This document shows, one piece after another, positions 16,575-26,162 of a stretch of 49,264 bases of DNA. Position 1 is the stretch's first letter, and every line of letters starts with the position of its first letter. The notes beneath the pieces were generated by a model. The model was not told the origin of the DNA. It made no database searches and saw only the letters and a list, made by a program, of their open reading frames with translations. The position numbers and the translations under genes are program-made. The stretch comes from Acidimicrobiia bacterium (GTDB taxonomy: Bacteria; Actinomycetota; Acidimicrobiia; Spongiisociales; UBA11373), in assembly GCA_040878325.1 (NCBI GenBank), contig JBBDMM010000002.1, forward strand, positions 124,001 through 173,264. Reading direction: 5' to 3'.

Positions 16575-18824
16575 ATGCACCCCGTCGTTGCCGATTGGCT
16601 TGCCGATCCTGAGCGGGCCGGGCGCATCGTCCACGTCGAGACGGTGCCCGAGCGGCGGGCCATCTTCGAAGCACTCGATCCGCCGTTGCCCGACCGGCTT
16701 GCCGAGGCGCTGGGGGCGCGAGGCATCGACCGGCTGTACCGCCATCAGGCCCAGGCGATCAGCCGGGCCCGTTCGGGGATCCACACCGTGGTGGTCGCCG
16801 GCACCGCCTCGGGGAAGTCGCTGGGGTACCAGGCGCCGATCCTCGAAGCGGCGTTGGGCGAGGGGCACGCCACCGCGCTCATGCTCTTCCCCACGAAGGC
16901 GCTGGCCCGCGACCAGTTGCGAGCCCTCGACGCCTTCGGGATCGCCGAGGCGACACCGGTGGTGTACGACGGTGACACCGACGCCGACGCCCGCGTCTGG
17001 GCCCGGCGCCACGCCAATGTGGTGATGACGAACCCCGACATGCTTCACATCGGGATCCTGCCGTCCCACAGCAAATGGGCCACCTTCTTCCGTCACCTGC
17101 AATTTGTCGTCGTCGACGAGGTCCACGTCCTGCGGGGGATCTTCGGCAGCCATGTCGGGAATGTCCTGCGCCGTCTACGTCGCGTTGCCCGTCACTACGG
17201 CGCCGACCCCACGTTCCTCGGGTCGTCGGCGACGATTGGCAACCCCGGCGAATTGATGTCGGGGCTGACCGGCCTGCCGGTGGAGGTGGTGGAACAGGAC
17301 ACCTCCCCCGCCGGCGTGCGCCACTACGTGCTGTGGAACCCCGAGATGGAGGCGGACGATCTCCGCCGGAGCGCTCTCGCCGAGACCACCGACTTGTTCG
17401 TCGACCTGGTACGGCGCGGGGAGCACACGATCGCATTCACCCGGAGCCGCAAGGGTGTCGAGCTGGTGTATCGGTGGGCGCGGGAACGGCTCGATGCCGA
17501 CCTGGCGGACCGCATTGCCCCTTACCGCGCCGGGTACCTGCCTGAGCAGCGGCGTGAGGTCGAACGCCGTCTGTTCTCAGGAGAGTTGCTCGGGGTCACC
17601 GCTACCAACGCCCTCGAACTGGGGATCGACGTCGGTGGTCTCGACGCCGCCATCGTCGCCACCTTCCCCGGCACGGTTGCCTCCTTCCGGCAACAGACGG
17701 GGCGGGCGGGACGATCCACCGACGAGTCGCTTTCGGTGTTGGTGGCGGGGCAGGATGCCCTCGACCAGTGGTACATGAACCACCCTCGGGACCTGTTCGG
17801 ACGGGCTTCCGAGGCGGCGGTGATCAACCCGTCGAACCCGCATGTGCTCGCCGGCCACATGGGATGCGCCGCCTACGAGATCCCGATGCTGTCCAACGAC
17901 GCGATCGCCACGTTCGGACCGGAAGTGGAGCCGTTGGCCGCCGACCTGGTGAACGACGGAGTGTTACGGGTCCGCAACGGTCGGCTGCTCTGGGCCGGCC
18001 GCGGTGCTCCGGCTCCCGCCATCGACATCCGCACTGCCGGTGGACCGCCCTTCACGATCGTCGACGACACCGGCGAGGTGATCGGAACGATGGACGAGAA
18101 CCGGGTGTTCTCCCAGGCCCATCCCGGGGCGGTGTACCTGCACCAGGGCGACTCGTATGTGATCGAGTATCTCGACATCGCCGACCGCCTGGTCCGCGCC
18201 CGAGCCGACGAGGTGGGCTACTACACCCAGCCCGAGGAAGACACCAACATCGACGTGCTCGAGGTGCTGCGAACTGACACCGTCGGGCGATTCGGGCATC
18301 GGCTGGGCGAGGTAGAGGTCGAGTCGCATGTCACCGGGTTCAAACGCAAGAAGATCGGCGACCGCAGCGTCGTTTCCTATGAACCGCTCGATCTGCCACC
18401 CCGTCGATACGCCACCCAGGCGATCTGGTTCACCGTCGACGAGGGCCTATTGCGTGACTCCGGCGTCATGGAGGCCGACCTCCCCGGGACACTCCACGCC
18501 GCCGAGCACACCGGAATCGCCATGCTGCCCCTCTTCGCCATCTGCGACCGCTGGGACATCGGGGGGTTGTCGACCCCGTTCCACCCGGCGGCGGGTATGC
18601 CGGTCTGGTTCATCTACGACGGCTACCCCGGCGGAGCGGGGATCGCCCCCATCGCCTACGACGCCGGTGCCCGCCACCTGCGCGCCACCCTGGAGGCGCT
18701 GCGCACCTGCCCCTGCGACACCGGCTGCCCCTCATGCGTCCAGTCGCCGAAGTGCGGCAACTTCAATGAGCCGCTCGACAAGGCGGGGGCGGTGCGTCTG
18801 CTAGAGGTGGGGCTGGGTCGATAG
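16575..18824 (+). CDS. DEAD/DEAH helicase with C-terminal DUF1998 Zn domain (MrfA/SftH/Hrq1-like)
   Basis: GTASGKS, PTKALARDQ, DEVH, SAT, TNALELGID, QQTGRAGR, CPCDTGCPSC. Confidence 0.93.
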   Translation: MHPVVADWLADPERAGRIVHVETVPERRAIFEALDPPLPDRLAEALGARGIDRLYRHQAQAISRARSGIHTVVVAGTASGKSLGYQAPILEAALGEGHATALMLFPTKALARDQLRALDAFGIAEATPVVYDGDTDADARVWARRHANVVMTNPDMLHIGILPSHSKWATFFRHLQFVVVDEVHVLRGIFGSHVGNVLRRLRRVARHYGADPTFLGSSATIGNPGELMSGLTGLPVEVVEQDTSPAGVRHYVLWNPEMEADDLRRSALAETTDLFVDLVRRGEHTIAFTRSRKGVELVYRWARERLDADLADRIAPYRAGYLPEQRREVERRLFSGELLGVTATNALELGIDVGGLDAAIVATFPGTVASFRQQTGRAGRSTDESLSVLVAGQDALDQWYMNHPRDLFGRASEAAVINPSNPHVLAGHMGCAAYEIPMLSNDAIATFGPEVEPLAADLVNDGVLRVRNGRLLWAGRGAPAPAIDIRTAGGPPFTIVDDTGEVIGTMDENRVFSQAHPGAVYLHQGDSYVIEYLDIADRLVRARADEVGYYTQPEEDTNIDVLEVLRTDTVGRFGHRLGEVEVESHVTGFKRKKIGDRSVVSYEPLDLPPRRYATQAIWFTVDEGLLRDSGVMEADLPGTLHAAEHTGIAMLPLFAICDRWDIGGLSTPFHPAAGMPVWFIYDGYPGGAGIAPIAYDAGARHLRATLEALRTCPCDTGCPSCVQSPKCGNFNEPLDKAGAVRLLEVGLGR

Positions 18825-18833
18825 GCTCGTCAC

Positions 18834-19136
18834 ATGGGCTACTTTGCCTTCATCCACCGTCCCGGGCCGGCATGGCGCCCTGGCGCCCCGGTTCTCGAAC
18901 AGCGGTTGGAGGGCCACTTCGCCTACATGGCCGAACTCGAGACCTCCGGAGTGCTTGTGGTGGGTGGGGGTTTCGGCGACGACACCGGTGCCCTCGGGAT
19001 CATCCAGGCCGCATCTATCGACGAGGCTATCGCCGTGGTCTTGAGGGATCCGGCGGTCGAGGACGGAGTAGTCGTAACCGAGGTGCATCCCCTGCTGATC
19101 ACCGTCGGCGGAAGGGTGAAGCGGTCGGTCGACTGA
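18834..19136 (+). CDS. YciI family protein
   Basis: LEGHFAYMAELETSGVLVVGGGF...GALGIIQAASIDEA...DPAV. Confidence 0.8.
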   Translation: MGYFAFIHRPGPAWRPGAPVLEQRLEGHFAYMAELETSGVLVVGGGFGDDTGALGIIQAASIDEAIAVVLRDPAVEDGVVVTEVHPLLITVGGRVKRSVD

Positions 19137-19220
19137 TGTCGAGTGATGTGCAAGCGAGCCGATTCCGGGGCTCGAGGACCGCAGTGCCGTTGAAATCCAC
19201 CCTCGGATCAGGGGATCTGA

Positions 19221-19245
19221 TGGCGAATGACGATTGGCGATTAGC
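19221..19245. repeat. Degenerate heptamer array TG(G/A)CGA(A/T)
   Basis: tggcgaa tgacgat tggcgat tagc. Confidence 0.65.
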
Positions 19246-19275
19246 CGGAGGCTGGGTTCCATTCGAACCTGCCGG

Positions 19276-19297
19276 ACCATATGCTTTAGCATATGGT
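19276..19297. promoter_or_regulatory. Palindromic operator overlapping the TA promoter
   Basis: ACCATATGC-TTTA-GCATATGGT perfect dyad containing a TAGCAT -10-like box, just before the antitoxin ATG. Confidence 0.75.
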
Positions 19298-19298
19298 G

Positions 19299-19544
19299 AT
19301 GGCTCGACGAGAAGTGTTGGTACAACTGGAAGACGATCTGGTCGAAGCGCTCGACCAGATCGCAAAGGAGCGCGACACGAACCGGTCTGAGCTCCTCAGG
19401 CGCGCGGCACGGCTGCTCGTCGATGCAGTCGATGAACAGAAGGCCGACGCCGAACTGATCGAGGCCTACCGCAAGCAACCCCAGGATCCAGCGTGGATCG
19501 ACACTCTCATGCGGACGAGCCTCGAGAACTGGCCAGCGTGGTGA
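19299..19544 (+). CDS. Ribbon-helix-helix (CopG-like) antitoxin
   Basis: EVLVQLEDDLVEALDQIA...NRSELLRRA; overlaps the toxin start. Confidence 0.85.
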   Translation: MARREVLVQLEDDLVEALDQIAKERDTNRSELLRRAARLLVDAVDEQKADAELIEAYRKQPQDPAWIDTLMRTSLENWPAW

Positions 19545-19861
19545 GAAGCCGAGAGTTGAGGTGGGCCGACCTTCCGGCCCCCTATGGCCGTAGACCCGTG
19601 TGCATCCTCACCCGCGATGCCGCCCTCACGGTGGTCATAGGCGTGACCGTCGCCCCGGTGACCACAACCGTCCGCCGGATCAGATCAGAGGTGGAAGTGG
19701 GCCGCGGCGAGGGCTTGCCGGAGGCATCGGTGATCACGTGCGACAACCTCTTGACCGTCCACCGCTCTCAGATCGACCAGATACCGATCGGCGTACTCGG
19801 GCCCGAGAAGAGGATCGAACTCGACCGCGCGTTGACCTATGCCCTAGGGATCACCAACTGA
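19538..19861 (+). CDS. mazF: MazF/PemK family endoribonuclease toxin
   Basis: WADL...RRPVCILTRD, VTVAPVTTT, SVITCDNLLTV. Confidence 0.88.
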   Translation: MVRSRELRWADLPAPYGRRPVCILTRDAALTVVIGVTVAPVTTTVRRIRSEVEVGRGEGLPEASVITCDNLLTVHRSQIDQIPIGVLGPEKRIELDRALTYALGITN

Positions 19862-19862
19862 G

Positions 19863-19920
19863 CAAGAGGGGCGGACCCGCAGGCCCGCCCCTCTTGAGTC
19901 TTGTCTTGACTCTTGACTCT
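19863..19920. terminator. Hairpin between convergent genes, followed by (S)TCTTGA heptamers
   Basis: CAAGAGGGGCGG...CCGCCCCTCTTG then gtcttga ctcttga ctct. Confidence 0.7.
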
Positions 19921-19924
19921 CTCG

Positions 19925-21520
19925 TCAATCGCCGGCGATGAAGTAGACCCAGTCGCCGTTCGCCAGGATCCCGATCCGATAGTGGTAGTAGGCACCGAAG
20001 GCTTCGAAGTCGGCAAAGTCCGCCTCGTCGAAGAGGGGTCGCAGCGACTCCCGCTCGGCGTCGGTCACGTCCTCCCACGGCTTCGTGTGCACCGACGGCC
20101 ACACGTAGTAGGTGATGTCCTGGTTCTCGAGAATGCCGAACGGCTGGCTGAGCAACTCCGCCAGGAAGCGGATCGGGTCCTCCCCATCCTCCTCGAGGCC
20201 CTGCCAGAAGTTGATCGGGGCGTCGACCGAGTCGTCCTGCCCGCCGTAGGAGTAGGCGAAGGACGGGCCGAGCAGGCTCTGGAGTTGGTCCCAGTCGCAC
20301 TCGACCGCGGCGTTCCAGATCGCAGCCCGCTTCGCGGCGACCGCATCCGGCAGCCCATCCTGTTGGGCCAACACGGCGCCGGCGAGCGATCCCGAGCACT
20401 CGGCCTCGTCGGTCGGAATTGTCGTCGAGCCGGGCGCTTCGGCGTCGCCGTGCAGCCATAGCGGATGCTCCCGGACGTTGGTCGGCCGGCCGTCCTCGGC
20501 GGACGACTCGAATGCCCGCAACGTGCCCCACTCACCGGCCTGCGAGATGCCGCTGGTGTCGTAGGCAACGGCGGCCTCCCACTCACCGCGACAGCCGGTG
20601 CCACAAGTGGCGGTGGCGAAGCCTTCGAACAGGACTGCACCCGAGCCATCGAGCAACTCGATGGTCACCGTCGCCTCGAACACGTTGGCGGTTCCCGAGA
20701 CCACCAGCGGACCGCGACTCGTTGGCTCGCCGCCATACGCCGGCGACTCGATCATCACTGCGGGGAGCAGGCCGTCGAAACCTGCCCGTGTCGCAGGATC
20801 ATCGATGATCAAACCCTCGCCGCCGAACACCGTCGTCGACACACCATCGATCTGGAACCGGACGCCGAAGACGTCATCGATCCGGGTCAATGTGTACACC
20901 ACCTGCCCCACCCGGCCGATCATCGACGCCGATCCGCCGCCCGAGACGAACTCCGACGAGAGGTCGACGATAACGATGCCGGTCGCCTCCTCGATGGCGA
21001 CTCCCAGCAGCCGGGTGCCCGCCGGAATCGCCGACGAGAGTGCCGACGCTGAGATCGCCTCGTCGCCGACTCCTTCGAGGAGTCGAGTCATCGCCGCGGC
21101 GGCGTGGTCGAGGGTGGTCTCACTCGAGGTGGCGAACTCCCCCACAGCCAGCGTCGCTTGCACGGGAACGAGGAACGGACCACCCTCCCAACCGTCGCCA
21201 ACCTGGTCGACAAAGAAGTAAACGGCTCCGTCGACCGCCACGGGTGTGACCACCGTGGTCGACGCCAATTCCTCGGTCGTCGTCGTCGTCCCCCCGCTGC
21301 CCACCGGGAGGTTGGCCTCACCGCCAGTCAGGAACAGCAGCAGCCCGCCCCCGACCGCGGCGACCACGAATGCGGCGGCGGCCGCCATCGCCCAACCCGG
21401 CATCGCTCCCTGGGACCGGTGCCCGAGAATGCGCTCGGCGACCGACATCGGCGCCATCGGCATCTCGTCCCGGCTCACCGGATTTCTCTTCTGCATCTCA
21501 TCGAACGGATCGCGGCTCAT
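19925..21520 (-). CDS. Membrane-anchored GerMN + Gmad2 Ig-like domain protein (candidate anti-sigma)
   Basis: Short cytoplasmic N-terminus, one TM, SAIPAGTRLLG..VDLSSEF..QVVYTLT (GerMN), VSGTANVFEATV (Gmad2); coupled to the ECF sigma gene. Confidence 0.8.
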   Translation of the reverse strand: MSRDPFDEMQKRNPVSRDEMPMAPMSVAERILGHRSQGAMPGWAMAAAAAFVVAAVGGGLLLFLTGGEANLPVGSGGTTTTTEELASTTVVTPVAVDGAVYFFVDQVGDGWEGGPFLVPVQATLAVGEFATSSETTLDHAAAAMTRLLEGVGDEAISASALSSAIPAGTRLLGVAIEEATGIVIVDLSSEFVSGGGSASMIGRVGQVVYTLTRIDDVFGVRFQIDGVSTTVFGGEGLIIDDPATRAGFDGLLPAVMIESPAYGGEPTSRGPLVVSGTANVFEATVTIELLDGSGAVLFEGFATATCGTGCRGEWEAAVAYDTSGISQAGEWGTLRAFESSAEDGRPTNVREHPLWLHGDAEAPGSTTIPTDEAECSGSLAGAVLAQQDGLPDAVAAKRAAIWNAAVECDWDQLQSLLGPSFAYSYGGQDDSVDAPINFWQGLEEDGEDPIRFLAELLSQPFGILENQDITYYVWPSVHTKPWEDVTDAERESLRPLFDEADFADFEAFGAYYHYRIGILANGDWVYFIAGD

Positions 21521-22044
21521 CGGCCACCTCCACTTTCATGACCCCATGCCTCTGCGAGGCGGCCCCGGGCGCGATGGAGGCGCACAGAGGCGGCGTTGGC
21601 GGAACATCCGAACACCCTTCCCATCTCCTCCGGATTCAGGCCCTCCCAGGCGGCGAGCATCAGCACTTCTCGGTCGTCGTCATCGAGCGACGCCAAAGCG
21701 GAGTCGAAGTCGACCGGGTCGTGCTCGACCCGACGCTCCGGCAATCTCGCCACCTTGGCGTCGAGCCGCTCGCGGCGTTGCAGCGAGCGGCGTTGGTTGG
21801 AGACGACCCGCCGCGCCACCCCGTAGAGCCAGGGCAACGCTTCGGACCCATCGGGTACCGATCGAATCTTCTTCCAGGCAATCGTGAACACCTCCGCGGC
21901 GGCGTCACCGGCCTCGTCCCACCCGACCCGACGGGCGGCGTATGCGAACACCGCTCCGTAATGCCGGGAGAACAGATTCCGGAACTCCTCCTCGGAAGGC
22001 AGCCCGCGCGTGCCGATGCGTGAGGCGGTCATTGCTGTCTCCAT
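21517..22044 (-). CDS. ECF RNA polymerase sigma factor
   Basis: DAAAEVFTIAW, WLYGVARR, LDDDDREVLMLAAWEGL...EMGRVFGCS..SVRLHRAR. Confidence 0.92.
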   Translation of the reverse strand: METAMTASRIGTRGLPSEEEFRNLFSRHYGAVFAYAARRVGWDEAGDAAAEVFTIAWKKIRSVPDGSEALPWLYGVARRVVSNQRRSLQRRERLDAKVARLPERRVEHDPVDFDSALASLDDDDREVLMLAAWEGLNPEEMGRVFGCSANAASVRLHRARGRLAEAWGHESGGGR

Positions 22045-22093
22045 ATTCGTGTATGTCCGGCAGTGGGTGGCGATTACCTGCTTCGTGGCGGAC

Positions 22094-22173
22094 GCGATGC
22101 GCAATGCGCGACGCGCAAAACGAGACCAAGAGTCAATCCCCTGGTCGCTCATTGCGCATTGCGCATTGCTCAT
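22094..22173. repeat. Inverted pair of heptamer arrays (GCRAYGC / GCKCATT)
   Basis: gcgatgc gcaatgc gcgacgc ... gctcatt gcgcatt gcgcatt gctcat. Confidence 0.85.
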
Positions 22174-22177
22174 CTGT

Positions 22178-22567
22178 TCACTCACCCAACAACAGCAAAG
22201 ACGGCACAAACTCCGCTCGCCCTACCGCCTCGACGGCGAACTCCCCGAGGGGCCAGATCTCGAGCGACCGTTCGGTGCGGACCTCGACGGTGCGCGGCTC
22301 CCACGACGGGTCGAGCGGGCACACGCAGGAGAGCAGGCGGGATCCGTTGAGGGCGGCGAACCGCGCTGCCTCCTCGGTGGGGGTTCCTTGCGCGCCGAAT
22401 GGCAGGAAAGTGACCGGGGCGGCGGCCAACGCGGCAGCGTCGGCGGCGGTACTCACCTCCACCCGGGCTCGCATCACCGACCCGACGGCCCCCAGGCCGA
22501 CCGCCAGCACCATCACCACCCCGGTGACCCCGAGAAGCGCCAGCGAAGCGCTGCCCTTCTCGCTCAA
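22178..22567 (-). CDS. Tad pseudopilin (Rv3654c/TadE-G-like)
   Basis: EKGSAS prepilin-like N-terminus, AADAAALAAA. Confidence 0.82.
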   Translation of the reverse strand: MSEKGSASLALLGVTGVVMVLAVGLGAVGSVMRARVEVSTAADAAALAAAPVTFLPFGAQGTPTEEAARFAALNGSRLLSCVCPLDPSWEPRTVEVRTERSLEIWPLGEFAVEAVGRAEFVPSLLLLGE

Positions 22568-22929
22568 CGTTCCACCCGCATCACCGCCCGTCCGACGAGG
22601 GTGACATCGAAGCCCCCGAACAATGGCCCGGCGACGCGGTGGCGCAGTCGCACCACCACCTCGGCGGTTCCTCCGACTACGTGCTCCCGCACGACCGACA
22701 CCCTCGCCCTGCCCCCGGCGTCCCCGCCGAGCGCTCGCCGAACGGCAGCCACTGCCCTCCCGGGCTCGGGGGTGGTGGCCGCCTCGCGAGCACCCTCACG
22801 CGCCGCCCCGGAAACCTCGAGCTGCACCCTTGCCGCCACCGCCACTTCGACCGCAGCAAGGAGCACCAGAAGTACGAGGGGCAGGACGAGGGCGAACTCC
22901 ACGGCGGCACTGCCGCGCTCGGTCGTCAT
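22564..22929 (-). CDS. TadE-like pseudopilin
   Basis: ERGSAAVEFALVLP, AAREGAREAA. Confidence 0.88.
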   Translation of the reverse strand: MTTERGSAAVEFALVLPLVLLVLLAAVEVAVAARVQLEVSGAAREGAREAATTPEPGRAVAAVRRALGGDAGGRARVSVVREHVVGGTAEVVVRLRHRVAGPLFGGFDVTLVGRAVMRVER

Positions 22930-23093
22930 CCGCCGGCACCGGCGAAGCCGCGCACCCGATCGATCACGGCATCGAAGAAGGAGGGCAACGCGTTGGATCC
23001 CGCCGCCCACGAGATCAACGCGACGGCGACGATCGCGGCGGCAACGATGACCAGGGCGTACTCCGCAGTGGCCTGGCCAGACTCATCTCTCAT
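22926..23093 (-). CDS. Flp-type pilin (DUF4244-like), 55 aa
   Basis: MRDESGQATAEYALVIVAAAIVAVALISWA...; not in the ORF track. Confidence 0.85.
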   Translation of the reverse strand: MRDESGQATAEYALVIVAAAIVAVALISWAAGSNALPSFFDAVIDRVRGFAGAGG

Positions 23094-23109
23094 TCGATTG
23101 ACCTTTCTC

Positions 23110-23733
23110 TCAAGGGGTTGAACCGAGACGCGCCAGACCCTGAAGAACCGCCGGCCCCACCGCGAGGAGGACGAAACCCGGCAGGATCAGCAGTGCGAGC
23201 GGAAGCAGCAGCCGAACCGGCAGCCTCCGGGCGCGCTCCATCCGGGTCGCATGATCGGCGTGGCGGCGTACCTTGGAAAACGCGGCGACGGCGGGGGCGA
23301 GCGGCGCCCCGCTGACGGCGGCACCGGCCGCGACCCGGGCAAGGCCCTCGAGGCGACCGCTGGTACCGGCCAGGCCCGCCGCCAATCCCGCCCGATCGAT
23401 CCGACGGCACATCGCGGTGAGGTCGGCCTGAACGGGGGCAGCGACCTGGGGAGTCGCGATGTCGATCGCGGCCCGCAGGCTCAGCCCGGCGGTCAGCCCC
23501 AGGCCGAGGAGATCGGCGAGGAGCGCCACATCGCCTTCGGCCTCTCTCTCGATCTCGGCATCCCGCCGCGCCCGCAGCCAGCGGTAGCGGGCCACGGCGA
23601 CCGCCATGACCGCGATCCCCACCATCGGCGAAAGCACGAGGAGTCCGCTGGCAGCAGCCACAAGCCAGGGGCGGCGCCAACCCACCCGGGTTGCCACCCA
23701 CCAGGCGGCACCGATCACCGGCACCGCGATCAC
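23110..23733 (-). CDS. TadC-like type II secretion F-domain protein
   Basis: DLLGLGLTAGLS, RARRLPVRLLLPLALLILPGF. Confidence 0.82.
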   Translation of the reverse strand: MIAVPVIGAAWWVATRVGWRRPWLVAAASGLLVLSPMVGIAVMAVAVARYRWLRARRDAEIEREAEGDVALLADLLGLGLTAGLSLRAAIDIATPQVAAPVQADLTAMCRRIDRAGLAAGLAGTSGRLEGLARVAAGAAVSGAPLAPAVAAFSKVRRHADHATRMERARRLPVRLLLPLALLILPGFVLLAVGPAVLQGLARLGSTP

Positions 23734-24398
23734 GTCGCCCTCCGCAACATCGTCCAGACCACCGCCACCCCCGCCGCCTGAAGGGCGATGCCCACCGCGA
23801 CGACCAGCCCCAGCGCCGGATCGGAAGCGATGCTCAACCGACCCGTACCGAACAGTCCGGCCAACAGGGCGATCGGAAGGCCAGCCACCACCCAGGCAGA
23901 AGCGCGGGCCTGTGCGGTGAGCGCTCGCCGTTCCCTGATCAGCGCTCCATCGTCGGCGGCCCGTACCGCGAGCACTTCGAAGAGAGCGGCGGCCGGACCG
24001 CCCGCGGTCGCATTGAGTGTCCAGGCAGCCGCCGCCAGCCGACCATGGGTCGGAAGCGCCTCCCTTAAGGCCCCGGCCACGCGCACGGAATCGAGACCGG
24101 CCGCTGCGAAGCGCACCGCATGCCGAAGATTGAGCATCGGAGCCCGCGAGGCTGCCGACACCAGCGCGGCCCGCGGCGGCGACCCCGCCGCCAACTCGGC
24201 GGCGAGACCCTGAAAGAATGCAGCCTCGTCGTCAGGGCCTGGCAACTGCCCCGCCTGGCGGTTTCGGGCCGCCCACACCCCCAGGCCGACGATCCCCAGC
24301 ACCGGCTGCCAGGCCATCACCATTCCCGCGCCGACGGCGGCGAGTGGCACCCCGCCCGCCAGGCCAAGCGCTCCCAGCACCGCCAGCGTCACGGCCAT
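23730..24398 (-). CDS. TadB-like type II secretion F-domain protein
   Basis: [29 protein letters not shown]. Confidence 0.82.
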   Translation of the reverse strand: MAVTLAVLGALGLAGGVPLAAVGAGMVMAWQPVLGIVGLGVWAARNRQAGQLPGPDDEAAFFQGLAAELAAGSPPRAALVSAASRAPMLNLRHAVRFAAAGLDSVRVAGALREALPTHGRLAAAAWTLNATAGGPAAALFEVLAVRAADDGALIRERRALTAQARASAWVVAGLPIALLAGLFGTGRLSIASDPALGLVVAVGIALQAAGVAVVWTMLRRAT

Positions 24399-25468
24399 TG
24401 CGTCTCCAGACCCGACTTCGAGACACTCGCGATCTCGACGACCCGCCTCGTTCCATCACGACGCTCGAGGTGGATGACCAGATCGATGGCCGATCGCAGC
24501 ATTTGCCGCACGGCGTCTGCCGGCAGGTTCCGATCCGCAGTGAGGGCCAGAGTCTCCACCCGCCACAGAGCCTCCTCCGGGCCGTTGGCGTGCACGGTGC
24601 CCATCGACCCGTCGTGCCCGGTGCTCATCGCCTGCACCAGGTCGAAGGCTTCGGGACCCCGGACCTCGCCCACCACGATCCGATCGGGACGCATCCGCAG
24701 TGCCTGCCGCACCAGGGAGCGCAAGGTGATCTCGCCCGCCCCCTCCGCGTTGGGCGGTCGCGCCTCGAGCCGGACCACGTGACCCGATAGGCGCAGCTCG
24801 GCGGCGTCCTCGATTGTCACCACTCGTTCGTTCGCGGGGATCACCGCGGACAGCACGTTCAAGAGGGTGGTCTTGCCGGAGCCGGTACCACCTGAGACCA
24901 GGAGGTTCCTCCGGCCGGTAACCGCGTCCCGAAGAACCTGAGCCCCTGCCTCGTCGATGGCACCGACCCGAACGGCGTCGTCCAGCGTGGCCACCACCGA
25001 GACGAACCGACGGATCGCCACCACCGGCCCATCGACCGCCGCCGGCGGAATCACCGCATGGAGCCTCGATCCGTCCGGGAGCCGGGCGTCGACTGCGGGC
25101 GAAGCCCGGTCGAGGCGGAGTCCCAGCGGAGCGATCACCCGCTCGACTGCGGCGACGATTGCTTCAGGGCCGGAGAACGAGACTCCGGCACGCTCCAACG
25201 CCCCGTGGCGCTCCAGCCAGACCTCGTCGGGACCGTTGACAAGGATGTCGCTCACCGATCCGTCGGCCAGAAGCGGTTCGAGCACACCCAGTCCGACCAG
25301 CTCGGCGGCAGCTGCCGCGGCGGCTCCCGGATCGAGAGGCGCTTCGTCGGCGGCGATACGCCGCGCCGCGCGCCCTACATCGATCCGACGCAATGGCACC
25401 TCCGATCGCAGCAATCGATCGACGATCCGGCTCACTGCTGCCACGGAAGACTCCAGGCGCTGCGCCAC
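24389..25468 (-). CDS. TadA/CpaF pilus assembly ATPase
   Basis: [45 protein letters not shown]. Confidence 0.95.
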   Translation of the reverse strand: MAQRLESSVAAVSRIVDRLLRSEVPLRRIDVGRAARRIAADEAPLDPGAAAAAAAELVGLGVLEPLLADGSVSDILVNGPDEVWLERHGALERAGVSFSGPEAIVAAVERVIAPLGLRLDRASPAVDARLPDGSRLHAVIPPAAVDGPVVAIRRFVSVVATLDDAVRVGAIDEAGAQVLRDAVTGRRNLLVSGGTGSGKTTLLNVLSAVIPANERVVTIEDAAELRLSGHVVRLEARPPNAEGAGEITLRSLVRQALRMRPDRIVVGEVRGPEAFDLVQAMSTGHDGSMGTVHANGPEEALWRVETLALTADRNLPADAVRQMLRSAIDLVIHLERRDGTRRVVEIASVSKSGLETQWP

Positions 25469-25989
25469 GCGCGGACCCAGCGATCCTTCGCGGGAGGACG
25501 TCGGCCCTCGAGGAGAAGCCTCACCGTCGCCGGCTGGGGAACCGGAAGGCGCACCCCGACTCCGGGCAATCTGGCGAACGACGGGGTCGCCTGGAACACG
25601 GCTGGCCCCTCCTGTGGAGCGAACAGCGACCCGGGTAGAAGCAGCCTCACAGGAACCACCGGCATGGGGAGCCCAGCGGGGACGGGCCGGGGCGGCAGGC
25701 GAAGCACCAGTCGCGGAAGATGGGCGAGCAGGGCTTCGACGACGGGCCTCGCCTGGAGTGGCGCCACCCCGCCGTTGCGCAGCACTCCGATCCCCCGGCG
25801 TGGCGTCAGGTCATCCTTACGCACCCCGTCTCGCACCAGGTCGGCCAAAGATCGGTCGCCCGGATACTGCGGCCCGAGAGGATCGAGATCGACCACCACC
25901 GCGTCGTCGGCGGCGAGCGCCAAACCGAGCGGAGCGAGCGCGCCGAGGAGACCGTCCTCCGGCGTCCAGACAGCCAGCGCCGAAAACAA
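25432..25989 (-). CDS. Degenerate Ssd/CpaE-like protein of the Tad locus
   Basis: VVVDLDPLG motif, position upstream of tadA; no Walker A; start uncertain. Confidence 0.55.
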   Translation of the reverse strand: MFSALAVWTPEDGLLGALAPLGLALAADDAVVVDLDPLGPQYPGDRSLADLVRDGVRKDDLTPRRGIGVLRNGGVAPLQARPVVEALLAHLPRLVLRLPPRPVPAGLPMPVVPVRLLLPGSLFAPQEGPAVFQATPSFARLPGVGVRLPVPQPATVRLLLEGRRPPAKDRWVRAWRSAWSLPWQQ

Positions 25990-26056
25990 AGGATTGGCTC
26001 CTTGGTGGGGCCGGCAACGTACGCGCCCAGCGTCTCGGACTCAAGGGGGTCGGTCG

Positions 26057-26114
26057 GCGCAATGCGCGATGCGCTCCGCGGCAGACCGGGCCAGTTGCTC
26101 ATTGCGCATTGCGG
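26057..26114. repeat. Inverted pair of heptamer arrays
   Basis: gcgcaat gcgcgat gcgc ... ttgctca ttgcgca ttgcgg. Confidence 0.8.
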
Positions 26115-26162
26115 AGTCACGACCAGAAGCTCAACGGCACCCGCCCCGTACAATCCCTCTCG

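Noticed and set aside
16575..18824. DUF1998 helicase as part of a DISARM/Druantia defence system
   Set aside because: It is a stand-alone MrfA/SftH-type gene; no methylase, PLD nuclease or partner helicase is adjacent.
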